Origin: a virus
Strand: one strand, 5' to 3'
Virus record (IMG/VR): IMGVR_UViG_3300031576_000026
Location: 1-64,000 of that record
DNA: 64,000 nt
The notes beneath the pieces are model-generated. The model saw only the letters and a program-made list of their open reading frames with translations, did not search any database and had not been told where the DNA came from. Positions within the stretch are counted from its first letter, which is position 1. Each line of letters starts with the position of its first letter. This document shows, piece after piece, positions 37,683 to 47,040 of the stretch. Position numbers and translations under genes: made by a program.

Positions 37683-40600
37683 ATGCCTTCTTCAATTCTA
37701 ATAAAAGCTGCCGGATTAGACACATCGTCCAATTCTTTAAGCACCCCAGATGGAAGTCTATCTAAAGCTTCCAATGTTATTATTTTCAGAGATAATGTAG
37801 TCGAATCTCGCAGGGGATTCAAAATTTACGGAAATAACTTCGGCACATCTACAGATAGAGCCAAGCAATTAGTCGTATATCGCGATAGAATATTAAGACA
37901 TTATACTAATAAACTACAATTTGATAATGGTGGTGTTTTTACTGATTTTAGTGGAACCTTTAATGAAACTGAAACTGGGTTAAGAATAAAAAGTATACAA
38001 GCCAATGGTAATTTTTATTTCACAACAGATGAGGGAATTAAAAAAATATCAGCCACATCTGGATCTGAATTAACATCAAGTTCTGGGTATATCATTGCTT
38101 CTGGTGGTGTAAAGGCTATTGATTTTCAAGCTAGAGTAAAAACCACTAGTGGTACACAGAGTGCTTTTTTTACACAAGATAGTACAGTGGCTTATAGGCA
38201 TGTTTGGGGAATAATTGATGCCAATTCTAACCTTATATTAGGCTCTCCCAGTCAAAGAGTTGAAGTATTTAATACTCTATTAAATCTAATGCTCCGGGAT
38301 CATATGAGGCTTTTGGGAGCTTTAGATGATATATCTGTTCAATCTGGAAGTATCATAAATGATGCAAATTATATAAGTTCTTTGGGATTATCCAATACGG
38401 CATCTGCTTCTGATTTAAGAAGTAAATTAATAAGTTTAGCTGAGAAATTAGATAAAGAAAGGGGTACATTAGCTGGAACGGCTGATATAGATACAGCAAC
38501 TATTGCGAGTGGGGTTTGCACTATTGATTTCGCTGCGGCATTTTTTCCAAATAGACAATTTGAAGTTGGAGATAAAATATTTTTAAGTGGATTTACTCCA
38601 GCTAGTGGTACTTTGGATGGAGTACAAACTGTTATTTCAGTGGATTTAGGATCGGGTGCTTCCGTCATCAAATTCAATACTACAGCTAGTGGTGCAGTAA
38701 CTTTAAGTAGTGAAAGTATTGAATCTGGTTGGTTTAGATCAATAACTCAACCTTCAATTCCTAGTACAGTTCCCACAGATCAAGAATTAGTTTCACTACA
38801 AACTTATATTAGCAATATCATAATAGAACTACAATCTTCTCGACACTTGAGAAGAATAGCTAAAAATGATGGGTCTGCTACCGCTTCTCCTTTAGAATTA
38901 GATGAAGCCGGATCAAGTATTGCTGCAGCTAATGCTGTTACAATAGCTATTGTTGCTCCGGGTGATGTTGGAAATTTTTTATCCACTGGTGATAAAATAT
39001 TTTTAAGTGGAACCTGGAAAGACTCATTAGCTGTTTCATTTGCTGGAGTTCAAACTATAACCGGAACTACAGCAACAACATTTTCTTTTACGCATCCAGG
39101 GTCTGCATTAGCTATAGGAGCAGTAGATTTAGATACTGATTCTACTACAGATCGTATATTACGTTTCACTTCTGCAACTAAATCTACTTACATCGATCCA
39201 TTAGAAATTACAACAACAACAACTGTTCTATTAGATATTGCCATTCCTCAAGACATAACAACTAGTCATTTTCTTCAAATATATAGAACTGTAGTTAGCT
39301 CTGCTACTGGAGCTGTTATTTTATCAGATTTAAATGCTGGTGATGAAATGCGGCTCGTATATGAAGCATTTCCCACTCAAACGGAAATAGATACTAAGTT
39401 AATGATAGTTGAGGATATTGTACCAGATACACTTCGTGATGGTGGAACTAATCTTTATACTAACTCTATTAGTGGAGAAGGCATTCTACAGGCTAATGAT
39501 ATACCACCTTTCGCTAAAGATATCAATCGTTTTAAAAATGTTTTATTCTATGCTAATACAAGAACAAGACATCGAAGAGATTTAGCACTATTAGGCGTTT
39601 CCACTATGATTGATCTTTTTACTAGTGGAACTACGCCAAAAATTAATATAACGGATGGCTCTAATCATCATACTTATGATTTTGTAACTGGGATTAAAGA
39701 AGTTACATCATTAGCTTGTGGTGATTCTTCTATGTTATCAGGAGCGGGAGCTTCTTCATATTTTTTAATTAATTCAGCAAATAATATTAATAAATATTAC
39801 GTCTGGTATAAAAAAGATAGTTCAACAGATCCAGGAGTGGCTGGTAGAACAGGAATTCTAGTCGATTTAACCGATATTGATGGTAGTGGTACGGCGTCTG
39901 CTTCAGTAATAGCCTCTAGAACGAGAGATAAAATCAATTCATTGGCTTTATTTGATTTCACTGCAACATCCAGTGGTTCTAATGTGACCATTACAAATGT
40001 AGATGTTGGTTATACAGATGATTCTAATATAGGAACACTTCCAGGTTCTTTCACAATAACGACAACTACTCAAGGGAGAGGAGAAAGATCTACACAGGAA
40101 ATAACTAGTATTACCTGTGTAGCGGATGTTGCGGATAGCTTAAATGGTAAATATTTTAATATTAATACCGCATTCAATAGGGATTTATTTTATGTCTTCT
40201 ATAAGACAAGCGCCGCTTTAAGTGATCCAGCTCCAGCTGGAAGAACAGGCATACAAGTTAATATTGCAACAGGGGCTTCTGCAACTGCAGTCGCCACAGC
40301 CACAAAAGATGCTTTAAATGCATTATCTAATAAATTTATTGCTAGTAGTGTCGGAGCTATATTAACCGTAAAAAATTTCGACTTTGGGCCAGCAATTGAT
40401 GCAACCCCTGAAACTAGCGGATTTACTATTTCTATTACTCAACAGGGAGCCTTAGAAGTTTTATTATCTTCTTTAGTATCCATAGCTCAAGCCATAGATG
40501 AAACAGCCAGAAGTCTTGTACGAATAGTAAATAGGAACGAACGTGAAGTATCTTATGGATTTTACTTATCTGGCCCTGCCGATACTCCAGGTAAAATGCT

Positions 40601-42689
40601 TCTAGAAAGAAAAACTCTTAGTTCTACACCTTTCTATCTTTTAGCTAATCATGCCACAACAGGATTTGCCTTTAGCCCAGATTTATCTCCAGAATCAGGT
40701 AAAACTATAACAGCCATCAGTGTTGCTAATCCTACTATGGTAACAATAGCTACTGTCCATGGCTTATTAGATGGTGATCAAGTAGTTATTAGTGGAAGTG
40801 ACTCATTACCGAATATCGATGGCTTATATATAATATCTGAAGTCACACCCACAACTTTTAAAATTCAAGTAAATGTTAGAGTCGCTGGAACTACGGGGGC
40901 AATTAGAAAAGCAACCTTAGCTGAAGTTTCAAATAATGAAATAAAGGTGAATAGAATATACTTTTCTAAATTCCAGCAACCAGAAGCAGTTCCTGTTGTA
41001 AATACTATGGATGTGGGTTCGGAAAATAAAGCAATTCTGCGCATATTTCCGTTAAGAGATAGTTTATTCGTTTTCAAAGAGGATGGGTTATTTAGAATTT
41101 CGGGTGAAATTTCACCTTTTATAACTTCTTTATTTGATAGTTCTTATACTTTAATAGCATCAGATTCGGTTGATGTCTCAAATAATCAAGTATATGGATG
41201 GACAGATCAAGGAATTAGTATGGTTTCCGAAGCAGGAACTAATATTATCTCAAGATCCATTGATGTTGATGTTCTTCCAAAGGCTCTTTTCCCCAATTTT
41301 GAAACAGCTACTTGGGGCGTGGGATATGAATCTGATAATGCTTATATCGTTTGGACTTTAGAAAAATCAACTGATACTGTGGCTAAATTTGGTTTTCGTT
41401 ATAATACTTTAACAAATACTTGGACGACAATAGATAAAAGTAATACATGTGGGGTTGTAAATCTTACGGATGGTAAATTATATCTAGGGGCTGGTGATAT
41501 TAATTTTATCGAACAAGAAAGAAAAGATTTTTTAAGAAGTGATTATGCAGATAGAGAATTCTCTTCTTCATTACTATCCAGTGGACACTATATTTCTGGG
41601 GGAGAAAAAATCCTATTAACAGATGTATCTAATTTTCAAAAAGGTGACGTATTATTCCAGGAGCAATTTTTAACAGTTTTTGAATTTAACTTACTTTTAA
41701 AGAAATTGGATTTGGATAGTTTGGGAGATAGTGATTATTTTAGTCTTTTGCAGGCATCGGGTGGTAGTGACTTGAGGGATAAATTAGCAAATACCGATCC
41801 GACAAAAGGATTGGCTAAAAAGTTAGATGCTGATTCAGTTGTTTTCGATACAGATTATTTCTCTAAAATCGACACAAAGACAGGAATAGTCTCCAGTAAT
41901 ACCGCTACTAATCCAACAGTTATTACAACTGGTGCTCCACATGGGTTAATAAGTGATCGAATTGTTACTATTTCAGGAACGAACGCTGTTCCCTCTATTG
42001 ATGGGACACATGTTGTGACGGTTATTAGTCCCACAACTTTTTCTATTCCAGTTAGCGTTTTGACACCTACATCTGTTGTGGGGGCATTTACTACTATAGA
42101 TAGTGATTTTAGGGATATAAAGGCTTGTTATAATTTCATAGCATCAAAACTTAATGGCGATACGGGTGTTACTTTTAGTAATTATTCTCAGGTTGATACC
42201 GTATCCATTCAAGAAGCAGTGATTACGAATGTGAATAAAAATACCAAAGAAATCACATTAGATGTAAAACTTCCATACATCGTTGGCCCATTAACCATTT
42301 TTAAAGCCATAAAAACAGAGATTATTTATAATCCAAATACAATGGGAGATCCATTAGGATTAAAGCATTTAAGAGAAGCAACCTTAATGTTTGAAGATAG
42401 AACCTTTACTAATGCCACAATTAGCTTTGCCACAGATTTGTTTCCCTCTTTCGTTGATGTCGCTATAAATGGCCTTGGTGGGGGTTTATTTGGTCACCAG
42501 TCGTTTGGTGATAATTTTTTCGGTGGAAGGGGTAACTCAGCACCCTTTCGTACCTATATACCAAGAAATTGCCAAAGATGCCGATTTCTATTAGTAAAAT
42601 TCGTACATATGATAGCCAGAGAGAAATATTCTATTTTAGCACATTCTATTACGGGGGAGATTGGACAAAGTTCAAGAGCTTATCGCTAA
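37683..42689 (+). CDS. tail nozzle/packaged DNA stabilisation protein with multiple inserted domains
   Basis: GL...A.NV...G...RRG-type start, RIYFSK...PEA, LFVFKEDGLFRISG beta-propeller motifs. Confidence 0.7.
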   Translation: MPSSILIKAAGLDTSSNSLSTPDGSLSKASNVIIFRDNVVESRRGFKIYGNNFGTSTDRAKQLVVYRDRILRHYTNKLQFDNGGVFTDFSGTFNETETGLRIKSIQANGNFYFTTDEGIKKISATSGSELTSSSGYIIASGGVKAIDFQARVKTTSGTQSAFFTQDSTVAYRHVWGIIDANSNLILGSPSQRVEVFNTLLNLMLRDHMRLLGALDDISVQSGSIINDANYISSLGLSNTASASDLRSKLISLAEKLDKERGTLAGTADIDTATIASGVCTIDFAAAFFPNRQFEVGDKIFLSGFTPASGTLDGVQTVISVDLGSGASVIKFNTTASGAVTLSSESIESGWFRSITQPSIPSTVPTDQELVSLQTYISNIIIELQSSRHLRRIAKNDGSATASPLELDEAGSSIAAANAVTIAIVAPGDVGNFLSTGDKIFLSGTWKDSLAVSFAGVQTITGTTATTFSFTHPGSALAIGAVDLDTDSTTDRILRFTSATKSTYIDPLEITTTTTVLLDIAIPQDITTSHFLQIYRTVVSSATGAVILSDLNAGDEMRLVYEAFPTQTEIDTKLMIVEDIVPDTLRDGGTNLYTNSISGEGILQANDIPPFAKDINRFKNVLFYANTRTRHRRDLALLGVSTMIDLFTSGTTPKINITDGSNHHTYDFVTGIKEVTSLACGDSSMLSGAGASSYFLINSANNINKYYVWYKKDSSTDPGVAGRTGILVDLTDIDGSGTASASVIASRTRDKINSLALFDFTATSSGSNVTITNVDVGYTDDSNIGTLPGSFTITTTTQGRGERSTQEITSITCVADVADSLNGKYFNINTAFNRDLFYVFYKTSAALSDPAPAGRTGIQVNIATGASATAVATATKDALNALSNKFIASSVGAILTVKNFDFGPAIDATPETSGFTISITQQGALEVLLSSLVSIAQAIDETARSLVRIVNRNEREVSYGFYLSGPADTPGKMLLERKTLSSTPFYLLANHATTGFAFSPDLSPESGKTITAISVANPTMVTIATVHGLLDGDQVVISGSDSLPNIDGLYIISEVTPTTFKIQVNVRVAGTTGAIRKATLAEVSNNEIKVNRIYFSKFQQPEAVPVVNTMDVGSENKAILRIFPLRDSLFVFKEDGLFRISGEISPFITSLFDSSYTLIASDSVDVSNNQVYGWTDQGISMVSEAGTNIISRSIDVDVLPKALFPNFETATWGVGYESDNAYIVWTLEKSTDTVAKFGFRYNTLTNTWTTIDKSNTCGVVNLTDGKLYLGAGDINFIEQERKDFLRSDYADREFSSSLLSSGHYISGGEKILLTDVSNFQKGDVLFQEQFLTVFEFNLLLKKLDLDSLGDSDYFSLLQASGGSDLRDKLANTDPTKGLAKKLDADSVVFDTDYFSKIDTKTGIVSSNTATNPTVITTGAPHGLISDRIVTISGTNAVPSIDGTHVVTVISPTTFSIPVSVLTPTSVVGAFTTIDSDFRDIKACYNFIASKLNGDTGVTFSNYSQVDTVSIQEAVITNVNKNTKEITLDVKLPYIVGPLTIFKAIKTEIIYNPNTMGDPLGLKHLREATLMFEDRTFTNATISFATDLFPSFVDVAINGLGGGLFGHQSFGDNFFGGRGNSAPFRTYIPRNCQRCRFLLVKFVHMIAREKYSILAHSITGEIGQSSRAYR

Positions 42690-42704
42690 TAATACCAATT
42701 ATTT

Positions 42705-43118
42705 ATGTCTAAACTTCCCTCATTTAGAAGAATATTTAAAACAGACTTTCAGGCAGAATTTCAGAATATGATAGAAACCCTATCAAATAATCTAAATAAT
42801 GGTATAGAAGTCTTATATGATGCCCTTAATAAAAAGATTTCTTTAAGAGATAATATTCAGTGTGACGTTAAAGATATCGAAGTTACTGTTAGTAGTACGG
42901 GTATTCCGAAAATCGCAACGAGTTTTTTATTAACTAATATAACTAAAGCTGAAGGCTTATCGGTTATTAGAGCTATGAATTTAGATAATTCATCCGGTTT
43001 TCCGACGAATGGTGTTTTTATCACGTTTACACAAAGCACAAATAATATAATTATTAATCATATTACAGGTTTAGTTTCTGATAATCGATATAGCCTTAGG
43101 GTAGTGGCTTTTGGTTAA
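42705..43118 (+). CDS. tail accessory protein
   Basis: Directly after the nozzle; helical N-terminus, beta C-terminus. Confidence 0.55.
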   Translation: MSKLPSFRRIFKTDFQAEFQNMIETLSNNLNNGIEVLYDALNKKISLRDNIQCDVKDIEVTVSSTGIPKIATSFLLTNITKAEGLSVIRAMNLDNSSGFPTNGVFITFTQSTNNIIINHITGLVSDNRYSLRVVAFG

Positions 43119-43143
43119 TATTAACAACTATTAATGAATTATT

Positions 43144-44454
43144 ATGCCTAATGGACAAAAACAAGTAGTTGCTCCTCCAATTTTAAGGACCAGACCACGT
43201 ACCACTGGCTATGTTCCACTTCAGAGATTATTACAGGTTTCTCAACCCGGTAGATTGGGAGCTGAACTTGGTGGAAGAGTTATAGGTGAAGCTGCTCAAG
43301 AAAGAGAAAGATTAGGTGAGGAAGAGAGAAAATTTAGAGAAAGTCTTGAAAAAGAAAGACTGGGAACTGGGGCACAAGTAGCTGAAAGAGAAAGAATAAT
43401 CGGAACTGCATTACAACGTCCTGGTGAAGTTGGAGAAGAACAGCAAAAATTATTTGAAAGATTTCGTGGTGGTGAATATAAAGGTCCGACTGAGTTAGCT
43501 GGAAGTGAGGAAGCTAGATCTAGAGCACAAGCATTAGAAAGATTGGGTGGTGGAATCGGAACTGAAGCAGGCAGAAGAGGACTATTAGAAAGATATGCTG
43601 CTAGACCAGGATATACATCAGGTCAAAAAGCATTGGATGTATTATTGCTAGGCCAAGCTCCTGAATTAGCTAAAGCTAGAGAAGCCACACGTGGATTAGC
43701 CGGAGAGGTTGGAAGGGGCACAGAACTTGCTAGGGGTCAAGCGGGACTAGCGACTAGACAAGCTCAAGAATTTGGCGGGGAGACTGGAAGATTATTAGGA
43801 GAAAGAATATCTCAAATTAGGGGTGGTGTTGGACAAAGATTAACTGAAGCACAAAAAGAACGATCAGAGTTTGAAGCACTTAAAGGAGCTTTGGGACAAA
43901 AACAATTAACTGCCGAACAGGCTCGAAGGTTAGGATTATCTCCAGAAGGGCCTATTTATACTTGGGGATTAAGACCAGAAGAATTAATTCCTACTGTAGG
44001 AGCACCGCCAACAGAAGCTGCTGTTACAACAAGAGAAGAAGCAGCTCGTTTGGGTGCATTGGGAAAATTGACAGGAAGAGAGTTGGCTATACCGACTGAG
44101 GGGTTAGAAACCTATCAAAGGGCTGAAATTCCAAAAGATATACTAAGTAGAATAGAGGCAGCGCGTCAAAGAGAGACTTCTAATATAACAGAGGCATTTA
44201 GACCTCCTCAGGAAATGACAAATTTACTGGATAGTATTGATCGTGATCTTCGGCAGGCCATACCTTATGGTACAGATTCTATTCAAAAAGCAGTTGATTA
44301 TGTAAATAGTAGAGCGGCTACATGGGCTCAATTAGATCCGGGTGGTAGACAAGCATTAAGATATGCAGATTTAGCCCAAAAATTAAAAGGTGGTCTTGCT
44401 GGTTTAATAGAGCAAAGACGAGCAGCTGGTGGTGGAATAACAGTGAGAGGATAA
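43144..44454 (+). CDS. putative internal virion/ejection protein
   Basis: Gly/Glu/Arg/Ala-rich helical protein after the tail genes. Confidence 0.55.
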   Translation: MPNGQKQVVAPPILRTRPRTTGYVPLQRLLQVSQPGRLGAELGGRVIGEAAQERERLGEEERKFRESLEKERLGTGAQVAERERIIGTALQRPGEVGEEQQKLFERFRGGEYKGPTELAGSEEARSRAQALERLGGGIGTEAGRRGLLERYAARPGYTSGQKALDVLLLGQAPELAKAREATRGLAGEVGRGTELARGQAGLATRQAQEFGGETGRLLGERISQIRGGVGQRLTEAQKERSEFEALKGALGQKQLTAEQARRLGLSPEGPIYTWGLRPEELIPTVGAPPTEAAVTTREEAARLGALGKLTGRELAIPTEGLETYQRAEIPKDILSRIEAARQRETSNITEAFRPPQEMTNLLDSIDRDLRQAIPYGTDSIQKAVDYVNSRAATWAQLDPGGRQALRYADLAQKLKGGLAGLIEQRRAAGGGITVRG

Positions 44455-44455
44455 T

Positions 44456-45688
44456 GTGGAATTAACAAATCAAATATTAAATTTCTTTCATACATTTAAT
44501 AATTTAGATATTCAGTTTGCTATCGTTCCATGGATTATAGCAGGAGGAATAGCTGCTAATCTAGCTGGTAGTTTGATTGGTCATTTTGCTTCTGCTGGAG
44601 ATAAAAGAAAAGCCGAACAAGCAATGGAAGAGGCTTTTAAAGAAATTGAAAATATTCAAGCTCCTCCCGATGAGTCCAAAGAAATTATATTAGAAAAATT
44701 TAGACAAATAGGTCTTTATACTCCAAAATTAGAAGCAGAAGTTGAAAAACAAGTCTCTAGAGTAGCTACAATACCAGAAGACACAAAGCTACAAGAAGCT
44801 CGAAGAGAAGCATTAGAAGCATTAAGAGAAAGAGCAGTCACGGGTATAACTCCAGAAGAAAGAGCCCAACTAGGTCAATTAAGAAGGGAAGCTGCAGGTG
44901 CTGCACAAGCTAGGCGTCAACAAATTCTACAACAATTTGCCATGAGAGGGGCTGCTACTCCCGGACTAGAATTAGCTACACAACTACAAGCTGCTCAAGC
45001 TGGTGCAGAGCAAGAAGCTCAAGCAGGTGAAAGATTGGGTGCAATGGCTTCACAAAGAGCATTAGAAGCAATTTTAGGAAGAAGTCAATTAGCAGGTCAA
45101 ATAGCTGGAGAAGAATTTGGTAGGGAGAGAACTAGACGTGGAGCACAGGAAGAAATAGAAAGATTTAATATTCAACAACAAATAGAAAGACAAAGAAGAA
45201 ATGTTGAAAGAGAAAATCAAGCAGCCGCTGCTAATTTAACTGAAGCTCAAAGAGTCCTTGATGCTAATGTTAATATGGGTAATGCTGAAAAAATTAGACA
45301 ATCTCAAGAAAGAGTTAATTTTTGGAAAAACCAATTAACACAAACACAGGCTAAAGTGGCTGGGTTACAAGCCAAAGGGGCAGAATATTCTAAAAGGACA
45401 GGAGAAACTGCACAATTTTATGGGAAATTGGGAACATCAGTTGGAGCAGGAGCAGGACAGGTAGCTGGATATTTAGGCGACCAGCAATTATTACAATCTT
45501 TAGGTTCAAAGACAGTAGCTCCTCAAACACGAGCACAAATACCCCCAACAAGAGAAATTCTCCCAGCCCCTAGAGGGATGGGTGGAATTAAATTACCAGG
45601 CGCCGAAGAACCAATTCCAGAAGAAGTTAGTGGTTATGAGCCTTATAGTGGAATTCCTTTGGCACCAAGATTTCTTCCAAGAAGGTAA
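44456..45688 (+). CDS. putative DNA ejection (pilot-like) protein
   Basis: Gly/Ala hydrophobic N-segment, Gln/Ala coiled coil. Confidence 0.6.
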   Translation: MELTNQILNFFHTFNNLDIQFAIVPWIIAGGIAANLAGSLIGHFASAGDKRKAEQAMEEAFKEIENIQAPPDESKEIILEKFRQIGLYTPKLEAEVEKQVSRVATIPEDTKLQEARREALEALRERAVTGITPEERAQLGQLRREAAGAAQARRQQILQQFAMRGAATPGLELATQLQAAQAGAEQEAQAGERLGAMASQRALEAILGRSQLAGQIAGEEFGRERTRRGAQEEIERFNIQQQIERQRRNVERENQAAAANLTEAQRVLDANVNMGNAEKIRQSQERVNFWKNQLTQTQAKVAGLQAKGAEYSKRTGETAQFYGKLGTSVGAGAGQVAGYLGDQQLLQSLGSKTVAPQTRAQIPPTREILPAPRGMGGIKLPGAEEPIPEEVSGYEPYSGIPLAPRFLPRR

Positions 45689-45693
45689 ATTAC

Positions 45694-47040
45694 ATGGCTT
45701 TTTTTGATTTCCCAGAACAACTTCGCAAATTAGAAGAAGAAAAGGCTAAACAAGAGATTACACCACAGCCTTCTGTTGAATCTCAAATTCTTCCACAGGG
45801 TAGTATTCTAAGGGCTTTGACAATGGGAAGATCGGTTGGTCCTTTAGCTCCAGAAGCATTAGGATTATCTCCATTACCACCTCTAGAACCAACAAGAACT
45901 GTGGATGAAATAGCATCAGCTGAAATCCCCCCAAAACCATCAAGGGAATTAAAAGAGCCTTCTGCTCCTATCACTCTACCAGAATTAGAAATGGCAGAAG
46001 CTGGAATTCCAACTGAAGGAACTGTTGAGAATTTAAGAAAAGCACAGCAAGCTAGAAATCTTTTAAAATTAGGTGCTGGTCTTCAACAAGCAGTTGAATT
46101 AGCTGGAGAAGCATTAACTGGAAAAAAACCTCAATTAGAAATCTTTCAAAAACAGGCACAACAAGCTGAACAATTAGTTGAGGATTTTAAAGAAAGAGTT
46201 AAGCAAGAAAAGTTTGATCCACAAAGTGATGTGTCTAAACAACTTCGAGCATTCGCTAAAAGATTTAATATTACTATCCCAGACACTATGCCAGCTTCTA
46301 CAGTAGAAACTATAATGCCTTCTATTTTAAGGGCATTCGAGGCAGAAGAATCCCGTAAACAACAGAAAGAATTACAAAAAGAAAGATTGGAAACCCAAAA
46401 AGAAATAAAAAGAGACACGGTACAAGCTAAACAAGAAGCTAATAAAGAAAAAGAAGAGATAAATAAAGAAAAAGATGACAATAGATGGGTTGAAAAAACT
46501 TCTGCGTTTTTAACAAAATCTAAACAATCCGATGCTTTATCAACAGTTAGAAAGGCTAAATCTCTAGTTGATCGTATAGATGCTAGCTCCCCAAATGCTA
46601 TTAATGATATAACTGCACTTTATTCATTAATTAGAGCACTAGATCCTGGGTCTGTGGTAAGAGAAGGAGAAATAGCCTTAGCTCAAAGAGCCAGAGGACT
46701 ATGGGGAACAGTAGACACTCAACTATCGCAATTAGGCAAAAATCCTCGTTTATTAAATAAAAAAGTTCTAATTGATATTAAAAATACGTTGACTCAATTA
46801 CATGATATAGGAGAAAAGGAATATAAATCCATGGTTGAGCCTTTTGCTAATCAGGCTAAAAGAAGATTTAAAGAGGGTTGGGAAGAACGGTGGATAGAAG
46901 TTGATCCTTTAAGTGCAAAAATGATAGAACAACCCAAAGAAATGAAAACTATTGTTAAAAGAGGATATAATCCAAAAACCAATCAAACTGAATTGGTTTA
47001 TTCTGATGGATCTAGAGAGCTTGTATCTGGAAGACAATAA
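45694..47040 (+). CDS. putative ejection protein
   Basis: LDPGSVVREGE motif recurrent in phage internal virion proteins. Confidence 0.6.
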   Translation: MAFFDFPEQLRKLEEEKAKQEITPQPSVESQILPQGSILRALTMGRSVGPLAPEALGLSPLPPLEPTRTVDEIASAEIPPKPSRELKEPSAPITLPELEMAEAGIPTEGTVENLRKAQQARNLLKLGAGLQQAVELAGEALTGKKPQLEIFQKQAQQAEQLVEDFKERVKQEKFDPQSDVSKQLRAFAKRFNITIPDTMPASTVETIMPSILRAFEAEESRKQQKELQKERLETQKEIKRDTVQAKQEANKEKEEINKEKDDNRWVEKTSAFLTKSKQSDALSTVRKAKSLVDRIDASSPNAINDITALYSLIRALDPGSVVREGEIALAQRARGLWGTVDTQLSQLGKNPRLLNKKVLIDIKNTLTQLHDIGEKEYKSMVEPFANQAKRRFKEGWEERWIEVDPLSAKMIEQPKEMKTIVKRGYNPKTNQTELVYSDGSRELVSGRQ

